A DNA stretch of 64,000 nt from Candidatus Sysuiplasma jiujiangense (GCA_019721075.1 JAHEAD010000001.1:62001-126000), one strand, 5' to 3'; counted from the stretch's first letter, positions 38,853 to 49,007 are shown. A program made the numbers and translations. Notes: generated from the letters alone by a model not told the origin.

Positions 38853-40712
38853 TTGAAAACAAAAAACTCAATGACCTCACTAGATGTCAGGCTCATCCGG
38901 CAAGAGATGGAGGTGCTCAAGGGCTCCTATGCGGAGAAGGCCTACGGGCTTTCGCCCTTTTCGTTGCGGTTCAATCTGCAGGGTTCAAAGAAGGAGCTCC
39001 TCCTGATAGACGATCTCTTCCTCAGCCTGACCGACAGAATAGAGCATGATGAGAATGAAGTGATGAGCGACTTTGCTTCTGCGGTGAGGAGGAAATTCGA
39101 CAACTCGAGGGTCACAGGAATCGAACAGGCAGGATTCGACAGGGTCATCAGGATTAAATTCTCAAGGCCTGAAGGATCTGAAATTGTATTCGAACTCTTT
39201 GGAAAAGGCAACGCGATCATTGCCGAGAATGGCGTAGTGGCTTCTGCTCTTAAATTTGACCGGAGAGGCAAATTTGAGACAAAGGCAGGGATGATTTATG
39301 AACTCCCTCAAAGCAGATTTGACCCGCTGATATCAGACGCTGATGCATTGGGCAGGTTGCTTGAAGCTTCCAGGGGGGATACCGTCAGATCGCTTGCGAC
39401 GATGGCAGGCCTCGGCCCAGACATGTCGGAGGAGGTCTGTGCTAGAGCCGGAGTGGAAAGAAACAGAAAGCCGTCTGAATTGTCTGACCGGGAAGTGAGG
39501 GCAATGTCGGAGAACATCAGAGATATGATACACACCACAGACACGGATCCATCGCCTTGCGTTTACTACCAGAACGGAAGCGCTGTCCAGTTCACGCCTG
39601 TTCCCTTCACCATATTTTCAGACCTCGAGAGCAAACCGTTCAATTCCATAAGCGAGGCAATTGTCGAATTCATAACAAAAAGGAAAAAGGAGGAAAAGGG
39701 AGGCGAGGAGGATAGACACGGCAAATTAATACAGAAACAGAAGGAGGCAATAGACAGGCTCACGTCAGAAAGAGACAAAGCCAAAAAATTTGCACAATCC
39801 ACTTACGAAAAATATGCGGACTTCGAGAAGATTGTATCTGCCATCAGGGAAGGAAAAACCCTTGATTACAGCTACAGACGTATGAACAGGAACAGGGTAA
39901 TCCTCGACGTGGATGGTGTGAAATTCGATTTCAATCCTAACGAGGACATTCATACGGTCGTCTCTTCGATATACGACAGCGTCAAGGAGATTGAGAGGAA
40001 ACTCAGGAGAGCCCGGGAAGCGCTTGAAGAAATAGAGAGACAGAAGCCGAAGGAGGCGGAAATGCCACGCGGCCTGGTGATGAGGAAATCTTCGAAGAGA
40101 TTCTGGTTCGAGGATTACAGGTGGTTTGTCAGCAGCGAGGGCTGTCTTGTTGTGGGCGGCAGGGATGCGAGGACAAATGACAGGCTCGTATCAAAACACA
40201 TGTCCTCCGGCGACAGGTACGCTCATGCAGATATCTACGGAGCTCCGAGCACTGTCGTGAAATGGAACGCCACGGCAACGGATATTACGCTTGAGGAGGC
40301 ATGTATTTTTGCCGTGAGCTTCTCAAGGGCGTGGAACTCCAAAATTGGCAGCGCCTCTGCCTACTGGGTCATGCCGGAACAGGTCAGCAAGACACCGCAG
40401 ACCGGCGAATTTCTGCCGCGGGGTGCTTTTGTAATCAGAGGCAAGAGGAATTATTTCCCCAAGCTTCCGTTACAGCTTGCGATCGGCACAGTAAGATATG
40501 AAGGAGAAATCAGGACTGTCTGCGGACCCCAGAGGGCAATGGAAGCAAATGCGCTGAAATTCGTAAAGTTAATTCCGGGATCAATGACAAAAGAGCAGAT
40601 AGCGTCCGTCCTGGCGGAAACGCTGGGGGTTACGAGGGATTCAATCGTATCTGCACTCCCCCCCGGGAACAGTGATCTTGACGGCACAGTAAAATTCGTG
40701 GAGACAAAATAG
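38853..40712 (+). CDS. rqcH: Ribosome quality-control protein RqcH/Rqc2 (NEMF/NFACT family)
   Basis: MTSLD, FDRVI, ELFGKGN, WFEDYRWF, GGRDA..ND, HADIYGAP, QVSKTP..GE...GAFVIRG. Confidence 0.93.
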   Translation: MKTKNSMTSLDVRLIRQEMEVLKGSYAEKAYGLSPFSLRFNLQGSKKELLLIDDLFLSLTDRIEHDENEVMSDFASAVRRKFDNSRVTGIEQAGFDRVIRIKFSRPEGSEIVFELFGKGNAIIAENGVVASALKFDRRGKFETKAGMIYELPQSRFDPLISDADALGRLLEASRGDTVRSLATMAGLGPDMSEEVCARAGVERNRKPSELSDREVRAMSENIRDMIHTTDTDPSPCVYYQNGSAVQFTPVPFTIFSDLESKPFNSISEAIVEFITKRKKEEKGGEEDRHGKLIQKQKEAIDRLTSERDKAKKFAQSTYEKYADFEKIVSAIREGKTLDYSYRRMNRNRVILDVDGVKFDFNPNEDIHTVVSSIYDSVKEIERKLRRAREALEEIERQKPKEAEMPRGLVMRKSSKRFWFEDYRWFVSSEGCLVVGGRDARTNDRLVSKHMSSGDRYAHADIYGAPSTVVKWNATATDITLEEACIFAVSFSRAWNSKIGSASAYWVMPEQVSKTPQTGEFLPRGAFVIRGKRNYFPKLPLQLAIGTVRYEGEIRTVCGPQRAMEANALKFVKLIPGSMTKEQIASVLAETLGVTRDSIVSALPPGNSDLDGTVKFVETK

Positions 40713-40749
40713 TAAGTATTCTTTTGGATATCACAAGAAGGGTGAATCG

Positions 40750-42324
40750 ATGCCGTTTACGAATGAGGCAACATACCAGAAGATGAAGATTTCGGGCAGT
40801 GAGAATGATTTTCACTCCAGATATGACGATGCTCTGCAGGTTTCACTGAAGGGTATCGGTGGCACCTATCCTGCATATATTGGCAATTCCAGGTACATAT
40901 CCGTTAATGGCACGTTTGAGGTGCGCTCCCCCTCGGACAGAGAAATGCTCATCGGAAAGTTCCAGAGCTGCAGCAGGGAAGAGACGGGCATAGCGATTAG
41001 AGCTGCTGCCGACGCATTCCATAAATGGAGCGGCACCGATTACAGGAGACGGATTTCGATTGTCATGAAGGCCGCAGAGATTGCGGCGGAGATGAAATTC
41101 GAACTTGCAGCAATGATGACACTGGAGAACGGGAAAAACAGGTTCGAAGCAGTGGCAGACGTTGATGAGGCAATAGATTTCATGAGATACTATAGCGAAC
41201 TGATGACTGTGAATAAAGGATACATGACAGCAATGGGCACTTTATCGCAGGCTGAAGAAAACAGGAGCGTTCTAAGACCCTACGGAGTGTGGGGTGTTAT
41301 TGCACCTTTCAATTTTCCGTTTGCGATTTCATGTGGAATGACCACGGGCGCGCTTATTACAGGAAACACTGCTGTCCTGAAGCCCAGCAGTTATACTCCA
41401 CTTCTCTCCCTGAAATTACACGAGATTTACGTGAAGGCAGGCATTCCGGACGGTGTTTTGAGTTATGTCACAGGTCCGGGAGATACCGTCGGCACCGAAC
41501 TGATGGAAAACGAGGCTGTTTCGGGTATTGTGTTTACGGGCTCTAGAGAAGTCGGCCTTTCCTCTGCAAGGAAGTTTAACAGGAGGAGCTTCAAGCCTTT
41601 CATATCCGAGATGGGAGGAAAGAATGCTGTCATAGTCACGGAAAATGCCGATCTGCCAAAGGCAGTGGAAGGCACTGCGAAGGCGGCATTTGGCTTCGGG
41701 GGCCAGAAATGCAGCGCCGCGTCAAGGGCAATTATACAGTCGTCTGTCAAAGACAGATTCCTGAAGGATTTGGCAGCATTCACAAAGAAGCTGAATATCG
41801 GCGATCCTTCTGACAGGAGCACTTACCTTGGACCCGTGATAAGCGAGGAGGCGGTCACGCGGTTTGAGAGAGCAATGGCTGAGGCAGGAGAAAGAGGACA
41901 GATTCTGGCAGGCGGAAATGTCATCCGGGAAGGGAAACTGGCTAAAGGATATTTTATTGAGCCTACGATTGTTGATAAACTTCCGCCTGATTCCTGGCTT
42001 CTGAAGGAAGAGCTTTTTCTGCCCGTTCTTGTCACGGTTGAATATAACGATTTCGATGAGGCTCTCAGGATGGCAAACTCGCTTGATTACGGACTGACAG
42101 CCGGAATATTCAGCGAGGACAGCAGCCAGATTAAAAAGTTTTTCGATGAGATAGAGGCAGGAGTTTGTTACGCAAACAAGGGTAGCGGTGCAACGACTGC
42201 CGCAATGGTCGGAGCCCAGCCGTTTGTAGGCTGGAAGATGAGCGGTTCAACCGGAAAGGGGGCAGGCGGCCTTTACTATCTGCTGCAGTTCATGAGGGAG
42301 CAGACGCAGGCAGTGTTTTCATGA
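40750..42324 (+). CDS. Aldehyde dehydrogenase, 1-pyrroline-5-carboxylate dehydrogenase-like
   Basis: PFTNE N-terminus, EAIDF, PFNFP, FTGS, EMGGKNA, GQKCSAASR, EELF.P. Confidence 0.9.
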   Translation: MPFTNEATYQKMKISGSENDFHSRYDDALQVSLKGIGGTYPAYIGNSRYISVNGTFEVRSPSDREMLIGKFQSCSREETGIAIRAAADAFHKWSGTDYRRRISIVMKAAEIAAEMKFELAAMMTLENGKNRFEAVADVDEAIDFMRYYSELMTVNKGYMTAMGTLSQAEENRSVLRPYGVWGVIAPFNFPFAISCGMTTGALITGNTAVLKPSSYTPLLSLKLHEIYVKAGIPDGVLSYVTGPGDTVGTELMENEAVSGIVFTGSREVGLSSARKFNRRSFKPFISEMGGKNAVIVTENADLPKAVEGTAKAAFGFGGQKCSAASRAIIQSSVKDRFLKDLAAFTKKLNIGDPSDRSTYLGPVISEEAVTRFERAMAEAGERGQILAGGNVIREGKLAKGYFIEPTIVDKLPPDSWLLKEELFLPVLVTVEYNDFDEALRMANSLDYGLTAGIFSEDSSQIKKFFDEIEAGVCYANKGSGATTAAMVGAQPFVGWKMSGSTGKGAGGLYYLLQFMREQTQAVFS

Positions 42325-42325
42325 G

Positions 42326-42537
42326 CTGTGTTCCCCGGCATTAACTGCTGCGTTCACGGAACGCTCGGCGCACTCCCGCATCTGACCCATGCCGGGGTGT
42401 TGTGCAGCGGGGTTGTCCCAGTGTCACTCAGGGACGGCACGTCCCAGTCCAAAGGGGACCCATTAAGCGCTGCACTGTAGTCGCAGGTTATTTTGCCGGA
42501 GTCACGAAGAGTCATCCGGAATTGAGCTTGCGACGGT
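42326..42537 (-). ncRNA. Three-hairpin box H/ACA pseudouridylation guide sRNA
   Basis: Minus-strand stems GTCGCA/TGCGAC, GTGCAGCG/CGCTGCAC and CCCCGGCAT/ATGCCGGGG, each followed by one nucleotide and ACA; internal pockets; K-loop-like GATGA...TGA in hairpin 1; upstream TATA. Confidence 0.85.
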
Positions 42538-42559
42538 ACGCAGATCCGTTCCGTTCCTA

Positions 42560-42567
42560 TTAATATA
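42560..42567 (-). promoter_or_regulatory. TATA box for the H/ACA sRNA
   Basis: TATATTAA about 25 nt upstream of the first hairpin. Confidence 0.55.
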
Positions 42568-42635
42568 TGGCAGTACAGATGGCTTTCGGAACGGCGGTGT
42601 AAAGGTTTATTAGTGCACAGGATGAATAATATAGC

Positions 42636-43526
42636 GTGAATATTTTAACAGGTTGCAGCGGCTGGTCCTATACCGACTGGATTGGCCCGTTCTACCCGCG
42701 CAGCTTAGCTGGCAGGCACTCTGAGTGGTTGCGTTATTATTCATCATTCTTCATGACGACAGAGGTAAACAGCACATTCTACTCAGTTCCCGGAAGAACC
42801 ACCGTAAACGCATGGATTGACAGAACATCCGATTTTAGCGGCTTCCAGTTTTCACTCAAGCTGCCGCAGAAGATATCGCATGAACTCCTCCCCTCGGGAA
42901 AGATCGGGGAGGCGAGGGAAGAACTGAGGAGGTTTGAGGAAACATGCATTGTGCCGCTCCAGTCTGCAGGGAGAATGGGCGCAGCGCTCCTCCAGCTTCC
43001 CCCTGATTTCAAAATGAAAGACTCTGCCGATATCGAGGGATTGAGGAGGATAGCAGAAAGCATGGCCGAGGGACACTATGACATGGCTGTGGAATTCAGA
43101 GACCGAAGCTGGCTCTCTGAGGAAAGAGCGGAACTCAGGGCGGATATCACCGAACTTCTCAGGGATTTACGATGCAGCCAGGTGTTTGTAGACAGCCCGG
43201 CCTTCATGCCGACCAGTGAAATAACCGCGGAACATGCTTATTTCCGATTTCATGGCAGAAACCAGGACATTTGGTACCGGAAGGCAGGCGAGGATGACGG
43301 CAGAATCAACAGATACGACTACCTCTATTCAAGGGGACAGCTGGAGAGCTGGATTCCCAGAATAGATGAGGCATCGGAGCGCTGCAGGACTGTAAGAATT
43401 TACTTTAACAACCATGGAAGGGCCAAGGCTGCCAAGAACGCCCTTGAACTGATGGACATGCTCGGCATCCCGCACCAGCCCAAGGAAATACACATAACTG
43501 ATCAGGTAAAACTCGGATCGTTCTGA
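42636..43526 (+). CDS. DUF72 family protein
   Basis: GCSGWSYTDW.GPFYP, EVNSTFY, LLQLPP, VEFRDRSW, YFRFHGRN, YFNNH. Confidence 0.93.
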   Translation: MNILTGCSGWSYTDWIGPFYPRSLAGRHSEWLRYYSSFFMTTEVNSTFYSVPGRTTVNAWIDRTSDFSGFQFSLKLPQKISHELLPSGKIGEAREELRRFEETCIVPLQSAGRMGAALLQLPPDFKMKDSADIEGLRRIAESMAEGHYDMAVEFRDRSWLSEERAELRADITELLRDLRCSQVFVDSPAFMPTSEITAEHAYFRFHGRNQDIWYRKAGEDDGRINRYDYLYSRGQLESWIPRIDEASERCRTVRIYFNNHGRAKAAKNALELMDMLGIPHQPKEIHITDQVKLGSF

Positions 43527-43542
43527 ACCTGATGGAAAACAG

Positions 43543-45312
43543 CTATCTCATCAGCATTTCGAGGATGTCATTTTCTCCGCCCTTCATTGTAACGGGTTCA
43601 GTCTTCGTCTTTCCGTTGACTGCCGGCTTGCCGCTGGCAGAGGGTATGGAGAACTGCAAATCCGAAACACCCTTCCAGAGGAGAAATATCACCAGTGCCG
43701 AGGCGATTACAGACACTGCCGCAATCATCGGCTCGATGTAAAAGAGGTTTGAAAGCGCTGATGCAATCACGATATATCCCATTATGACGTAGAGGGCCAT
43801 CAGTATCCTCTTGATGAGCCTGGATACAAAACTGTATTTCAGTTCCTCTCTTCCGAAGAATGAATCGGCCTCATTCATGAGTGTGTTGAGCGAAGCGTAT
43901 AGAAGGAGGACGACAACTACCACGTAGCCCAGGTACAGGAGAACCGTATCCGCCCCGATCCTGAAGGAAAGACTCGATGTGTAGCTGACGAAATACTTTG
44001 TCATTACCAGTATCGCGATGACAACCATCATGTTCAGAAGGAACGTGACGAACATTGCACGCGAAGATCTGTCCATCTTAAAAGGATTCCTGATCTGCCC
44101 GAGTGCCCTGTCAAAAAAATTTCTTATCGCAAGGGTATAGAGCGCAACGGATTTGGGTACTCTGCCTCTAATTGCGCCGTATATCTTTTCATTTCTTCTG
44201 ATTGTCTGTGGAAGTATTACTATTGTGACTGTCGATATAAGAACGATGAGTGTGTAAATCTTTCCGCTGAATACGCCGAACTGCAGGCCGAGGCTGCCAA
44301 TGACAAATGAGAATTCGCCCATCGCGCCTGCTGCAATGCCGACATAAGATGCATTCTGCAGTCCGTAACCCATAGACGAAAATCCAAATGTGACGGAAAT
44401 AAATTTCCAGAATACGAAAAAGAGGCCGAGGATAACTGCGACCGGTATCAGGGAAATGAGGTAGGAGGTCTGTATAAGTGTGCCTATAGATACGAAGAAG
44501 ACAGCAAGAAATATGTCTCTGACAGGGACCATTTTCGAATATATCCTGTCCTTATGATCCGATTCTGCGACAGCCACTCCGACGATGAATGCTCCGATTA
44601 CGAAGGAAAAGCCGAGTTCCTTTGCAAAGAGTGCGAGCGCAAAGCACAGACCAAGTGAGGTTATGACTATGATCTCATCACTCCCGAGATCTACTATATG
44701 ATTGATGATGCGCGGGATGACATTTATTGCCAGTATCATGCTGACTGCCGCGAAGAAAGCCATTCCGCCCATTACTTCCAGCAGCTGTATGAGATTTATC
44801 GCCCTGTGGGTTCCGGCACTCGAAAGGAATGCGAGTATAACAACAGTCAGCAGATCTTCGACAACAAGCAGTCCCAGGACAAGGTCGGAGTAAGACTTTA
44901 TTGTCTGTCTGCAGTCCCTCATTGTTTTCGTGACGACCGTTGTGCTCGTGAGCGCAAAAGCCGCCGCAAAGAATATTGCGGTTGCTGGAGACCATCCCAT
45001 GACATAGGAAACGATGTAACCTGCAGGAATCATCAGTGTAAGCTCGATAATGCCTGCCATGATGACTTTCTTGCCAATCTCTCTGAGAATCTTCAGGCTC
45101 AGTTCCATTCCCATAGTGAATGCAAGCAGTGTTATACCGAGGTCGGATATCAGTGAAATGATGTTTGTGTCGGAAACCAGGAAGGATGCCGAAAAGACGC
45201 CGGCTACGATATATCCCAGAATGAGCGGCTGCCGCAGCTTCCTGAACAGAATACTGACGACTGCTGCTGCAGTGAAGAGTATGGCCATTCCTTCGTATCC
45301 TAGAGAGGGCAA
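43543..45312 (-). CDS. CPA2 family cation:proton antiporter (Kef-like)
   Basis: QPLILGYIVAG, LTSTTVV, LVVEDL, GAFIVG, RDIFLAVFFVSIG, GEFSFVI. Confidence 0.9.
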   Translation of the reverse strand: MPSLGYEGMAILFTAAAVVSILFRKLRQPLILGYIVAGVFSASFLVSDTNIISLISDLGITLLAFTMGMELSLKILREIGKKVIMAGIIELTLMIPAGYIVSYVMGWSPATAIFFAAAFALTSTTVVTKTMRDCRQTIKSYSDLVLGLLVVEDLLTVVILAFLSSAGTHRAINLIQLLEVMGGMAFFAAVSMILAINVIPRIINHIVDLGSDEIIVITSLGLCFALALFAKELGFSFVIGAFIVGVAVAESDHKDRIYSKMVPVRDIFLAVFFVSIGTLIQTSYLISLIPVAVILGLFFVFWKFISVTFGFSSMGYGLQNASYVGIAAGAMGEFSFVIGSLGLQFGVFSGKIYTLIVLISTVTIVILPQTIRRNEKIYGAIRGRVPKSVALYTLAIRNFFDRALGQIRNPFKMDRSSRAMFVTFLLNMMVVIAILVMTKYFVSYTSSLSFRIGADTVLLYLGYVVVVVLLLYASLNTLMNEADSFFGREELKYSFVSRLIKRILMALYVIMGYIVIASALSNLFYIEPMIAAVSVIASALVIFLLWKGVSDLQFSIPSASGKPAVNGKTKTEPVTMKGGENDILEMLMR

Positions 45313-45413
45313 AGATCTACCTGATCATCCAGCCAAATATTCCATTATAAAGGTAATATCAAAAATTTCATTTCTGATAAGCTGAATACAGTGAAACCTG
45401 AAAGTGATGCATA

Positions 45414-46277
45414 TTGTCAGTCGTGAGGATAAGTACGCCTGAAGCGAGGAGAATCAGACCGCTTTTGATTTCATGCGGAGGAGGCGGAAAAAACATTGCG
45501 TCGGCATTCGGAGATGCGGAAAAACTGAGCGTCGATGTTACAGAAGATGCGCAGCTTGTGATTGATGCCGCAGTCCTGTCGCTCAGCGACATGGATGACA
45601 GATTCGTAAAGTTCGCTGATTTTCATTTTGTCAGGGAACTCAGGCGTGCGCTCCAGGGACACGACTGTCTGATGATTGTGGCTGGACTCGGCGGGATCGC
45701 CGGAGGCGCAGCATGTGTGTCGGTTGCCCGTATTGCAGCAGCCCTTTCGATTCCGTCCATAGCATCCGTAGCGATGCCTTTCAATGTTGAGGGGGCAATG
45801 AGGAAGGGGGAAGCGCGAAGGGCGCTATTGAGGATAGAAAAAACTGCAAATATAACTATTTCTTTCGACAACAATTTGGTGGTGGAAGGCACGCCGAACC
45901 TGACGCTCTCCAGGGCGCTTGCAATAATGAACAGGATAATAGTTTCCCCTCTTGAGGACATTTCAATTGCCTCCGATCTGGAGTGGCTGGGATCGCTGAA
46001 GGGGAGGCATTACCGCGGCAGCTATTCGGTTGAATACATCATAGGCAGCAACTGGGAGCGGAAGGCGGTTGCCGGCCTCCTTTCAAAAATGCATGAATCA
46101 GCAAGAAATGTGAAGAGGATAGGACTGTTCGTGGAATGTGCAGACGGACACTCAGATAACTGCATGCTGCTGGCAGAAGAGTTTGAAAGACTCGCGGTAA
46201 CGGAGGAAATAACGATCTTCAGCCGGAGGGAAGGCAGCGAATCAAGGAACAGGGTTTCAGCCATCGCACTGTACTGA
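45414..46277 (+). CDS. Divergent FtsZ/tubulin-superfamily protein
   Basis: CGGGGKNI, AGLGGIAGG (tubulin signature degenerate), AMPFNVEG..R, FDNN. Confidence 0.75.
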   Translation: MSVVRISTPEARRIRPLLISCGGGGKNIASAFGDAEKLSVDVTEDAQLVIDAAVLSLSDMDDRFVKFADFHFVRELRRALQGHDCLMIVAGLGGIAGGAACVSVARIAAALSIPSIASVAMPFNVEGAMRKGEARRALLRIEKTANITISFDNNLVVEGTPNLTLSRALAIMNRIIVSPLEDISIASDLEWLGSLKGRHYRGSYSVEYIIGSNWERKAVAGLLSKMHESARNVKRIGLFVECADGHSDNCMLLAEEFERLAVTEEITIFSRREGSESRNRVSAIALY

Positions 46278-46284
46278 TGGCTAA

Positions 46285-47085
46285 TCAGTCAATGAGATGT
46301 CTCAGTTCATCAATAGATGCACCTGAAAATGCAACAAGCGCTTCCGCTTCCTCAAAATGAAGTTTCGATGGTATAATAATGCAGTGCGGCGGTTCGCCGA
46401 AATCTCTTTTCAACATTGAGGAAACAGTTCCTGCAACTGTCTCCATGCTTTTCATCCCGGCCCTCGACACCACACAAATTATACGCTCCTCACTGAAGGC
46501 TGTCGAACGTTCCCTGGATGACAGCTCCAGCAGCTGGGACATGCATTCGTCGGGCTGCATGTAGTAGTTTCTTGACTCGTCGACGTCGAGCAGCACGAGT
46601 GTATGCAGGCCGTTTTTCAGGTTGAATTCCACATTTCTGATGGGACTTGCCGGTCTGAAGGACGCGGTGAACTGCGGCATGGAGACTATCCTGCCGAATC
46701 TGTAATGCTGGAGACCCAGGAATGATGCGGCGGCGGTGAGGATGGATGGGGCAGGAATAATAACTGTGTCGATGCCATGCTTCTTCGCAGACAGCCTCAT
46801 TGAAACGTGTGTCGTTGCTGACATCGGATCTCCGCCAGAGATAAAGACACACCTGCTTTTCATCGCAGCCCCGATTACGATACTGCCTCGTTCAACTTCA
46901 CCTCTGGAAAGGCGTTTTACTCTTTTCCCCGTCCGCCTGAACAGTTCTTCCTCGAATTCTCGCGGAATAAAAGTCGTATATGCTTCCATGAATATGCAGT
47001 CGGCTTCCGATATCTCCTGAAGCGCGTCAACCGTCAGGCTGCCCGTTCCGTTCAGTCCTGCACCTACAAATACAAGCCTTCCCAT
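46285..47085 (-). CDS. dph5: Diphthine synthase
   Basis: FVGAGL, EAYT, GDPMSATTH, GLQHYRFG, GLHTLVLLD, PPHCIIIP..LHFEEAEAL. Confidence 0.95.
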   Translation of the reverse strand: MGRLVFVGAGLNGTGSLTVDALQEISEADCIFMEAYTTFIPREFEEELFRRTGKRVKRLSRGEVERGSIVIGAAMKSRCVFISGGDPMSATTHVSMRLSAKKHGIDTVIIPAPSILTAAASFLGLQHYRFGRIVSMPQFTASFRPASPIRNVEFNLKNGLHTLVLLDVDESRNYYMQPDECMSQLLELSSRERSTAFSEERIICVVSRAGMKSMETVAGTVSSMLKRDFGEPPHCIIIPSKLHFEEAEALVAFSGASIDELRHLID

Positions 47086-47100
47086 TTTTCCCGGCAGTTG

Positions 47101-48120
47101 ATGTACAACAAGGGCATTAGAGTATCGCTCAGGGACGCTGAAAAGGCAAAGAATGTTCTTCGCAGCAGTGGACTTATACAGAGGAATCTCGAGATCGTAA
47201 GGGATGGAGAGTATCTGATATTTCCCGTGTCAGAATTCCCTAAGCATACCGATGGGATGTGGGAGAAATGCTTTGCCGATTTCTCGGAAAGGAGACCGGT
47301 TGTCGGCGATTACAGGGAACTGATTACCGGATATAAGGGCAGAGAGGAACTGCTGCCTTCCTCCTACGACGTCATAGGAACGAAGATACTGATAAAGATA
47401 CCTCGGGAAATCAGGGGCATTGAAAGCGATATAGGAAATGCCCTCCTTTCTATGCACAGATCGGTCGACAGTGTTTTCAGGGATGACGGAGTAGGTGGAA
47501 AATACAGAACAAGAACTGTAGAGCTTGTCGCAGGAAAAGGCGGCACCGAAACAGTGCTGACAGAATACGGCTTCAGGTTCAGGCTTGACGTTTCGAAGAC
47601 ATTCTTCTCCCCCCGCCTTGCATCTGAGCGAAATAGAGTTGCCTCGACGATAGGCAGAAATGAGAAAATACTTGACATGTTTGCTGGCGTGGGCCCGTTT
47701 TCGATATATGCCGCGGCCAAAACAGTCGACGGAAGCGTAGAGGCGTATGACATCAATCATTACGCTGTTTCCTACCTCAGGGAAAATGCCAGGATCAACA
47801 AACTTGCAAACATAACGGCGCACAGGATGGATTCTGCCGAAATCAGCTCTGTCGGAGAGTTTGACAGGGTTATAATGAATCTGCCCAGGGGATCGTCGGG
47901 TATGCTGGTGAAGGCTTTGTCCATGCTTGCCGGTGGCGGCGTAATTGACTACTATGAACTCATAGAAGACAGCACACTTAATGAGAGATGTGGTGAACTC
48001 GAAGGGTTAATGGGCGTCAGGGTTGAGGATATCAGGAAGGTAAAGACTTATTCAGCCGGCGGGAGCATATATCATCTGCTTCTCAGGAAATACAGCTCCG
48101 CCGGCGCTATTCGAGTCTGA
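47101..48120 (+). CDS. trm5: Trm5/Taw22-family tRNA G37 methyltransferase
   Basis: SYDVIG, TFFSPRLASER, DMFAGVGPF, DRVIMNLP. Confidence 0.88.
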   Translation: MYNKGIRVSLRDAEKAKNVLRSSGLIQRNLEIVRDGEYLIFPVSEFPKHTDGMWEKCFADFSERRPVVGDYRELITGYKGREELLPSSYDVIGTKILIKIPREIRGIESDIGNALLSMHRSVDSVFRDDGVGGKYRTRTVELVAGKGGTETVLTEYGFRFRLDVSKTFFSPRLASERNRVASTIGRNEKILDMFAGVGPFSIYAAAKTVDGSVEAYDINHYAVSYLRENARINKLANITAHRMDSAEISSVGEFDRVIMNLPRGSSGMLVKALSMLAGGGVIDYYELIEDSTLNERCGELEGLMGVRVEDIRKVKTYSAGGSIYHLLLRKYSSAGAIRV

Positions 48121-48580
48121 TTTCACTCTGGTTCTGGTAATGTCCCGAGCGGCTGCCGTAGCCTCTTTCCGCCTCACCGCACATCTTCTCGAATACAATC
48201 TGGGTTATCCTGTCCCCCCGCTCAAGCATGAGCTCTTCCGAAGAAGAATTGAAGAACGAAAGAGTGAGAGTGCCGGAGAAACCGGCATCCACCTTTCCGA
48301 AACTGCCCATTATTCCTCTCCTCGCATAACTGCTGCGCAGCCAGAGCTGAGCAGTGATATCTGCCGGGAGAAGAACCTTCTCAATCGTCGATACGGCAAA
48401 TCTGGAGAGGGATGGAATTCTTGCGATCCCTGCGGATTCCTTTGACCTGTCAGGCAGCATGACTTCAGAGACGCGGAGGTCGTATCCGTTGGGGGTCAGG
48501 GACTGCTCACTGAAACCGGCGGCAATGAGTTTTCCTTCAGAAGCCAGCCGGAAGATCTGTGAATCGCTGAGTATACACAT
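48107..48580 (-). CDS. dcd: dCTP deaminase / trimeric dUTPase family
   Basis: ILSD, TPNGYDLR, RSSYARRG, VDAGFSGTLT, RITQIVF, YQNQ. Confidence 0.88.
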   Translation of the reverse strand: MCILSDSQIFRLASEGKLIAAGFSEQSLTPNGYDLRVSEVMLPDRSKESAGIARIPSLSRFAVSTIEKVLLPADITAQLWLRSSYARRGIMGSFGKVDAGFSGTLTLSFFNSSSEELMLERGDRITQIVFEKMCGEAERGYGSRSGHYQNQSEIRLE

Positions 48581-48674
48581 AATACCACTGATTCGCTCTC
48601 GATATTTTATGCTCTTCACGGTTTGGCCGTGCACTGCCTGAGGCAAAAATCACGGGACAGGTTATCGGGGAAAA

Positions 48675-48884
48675 TCACCTGATAAAGGGGGCAACTTGAT
48701 ATTTATCTGCCTTGCGAGGGGGAGGAGTAGGCAAAACCATCTTCGTTGCGTCGCTCTTTGAGGTGTTTCCCATCATAAGTCCGAGCAGCAGAAATCCGAC
48801 CTTAACCGCACTTTCCATTTCTCCGCGATTGAGTTCCCGAAGAAAACGAAGCGCCGTATCAATCAGCAATTCCTGACTGCTCAT
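48675..48884 (-). CDS. Small hypothetical protein (69 aa)
   Basis: ATG with purine-rich upstream tract; fills an otherwise empty gap. Confidence 0.5.
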   Translation of the reverse strand: MSSQELLIDTALRFLRELNRGEMESAVKVGFLLLGLMMGNTSKSDATKMVLPTPPPRKADKYQVAPFIR

Positions 48885-49007
48885 GCCTGTCCCTTGCTTC
48901 TTAATCCATGAATTGGCTATTAAAGCAATATAACCAGAATATCAGTATTGCAAATAATATGCAGTACATGCCCGGAAGGAGCACGGTTTCACTCGTTAGA
49001 AGAAGAT

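Noticed and set aside
42326..42567. RNase P RNA, SRP RNA, riboswitch or a plus-strand structured RNA
   Set aside because: No GAGGAAAGUCC-type RNase P boxes and no SRP helix 8 motif. Some helices also fold on the plus strand, but three N-ACA boxes, rRNA-complementary pockets and the TATA position all point to a minus-strand H/ACA RNA
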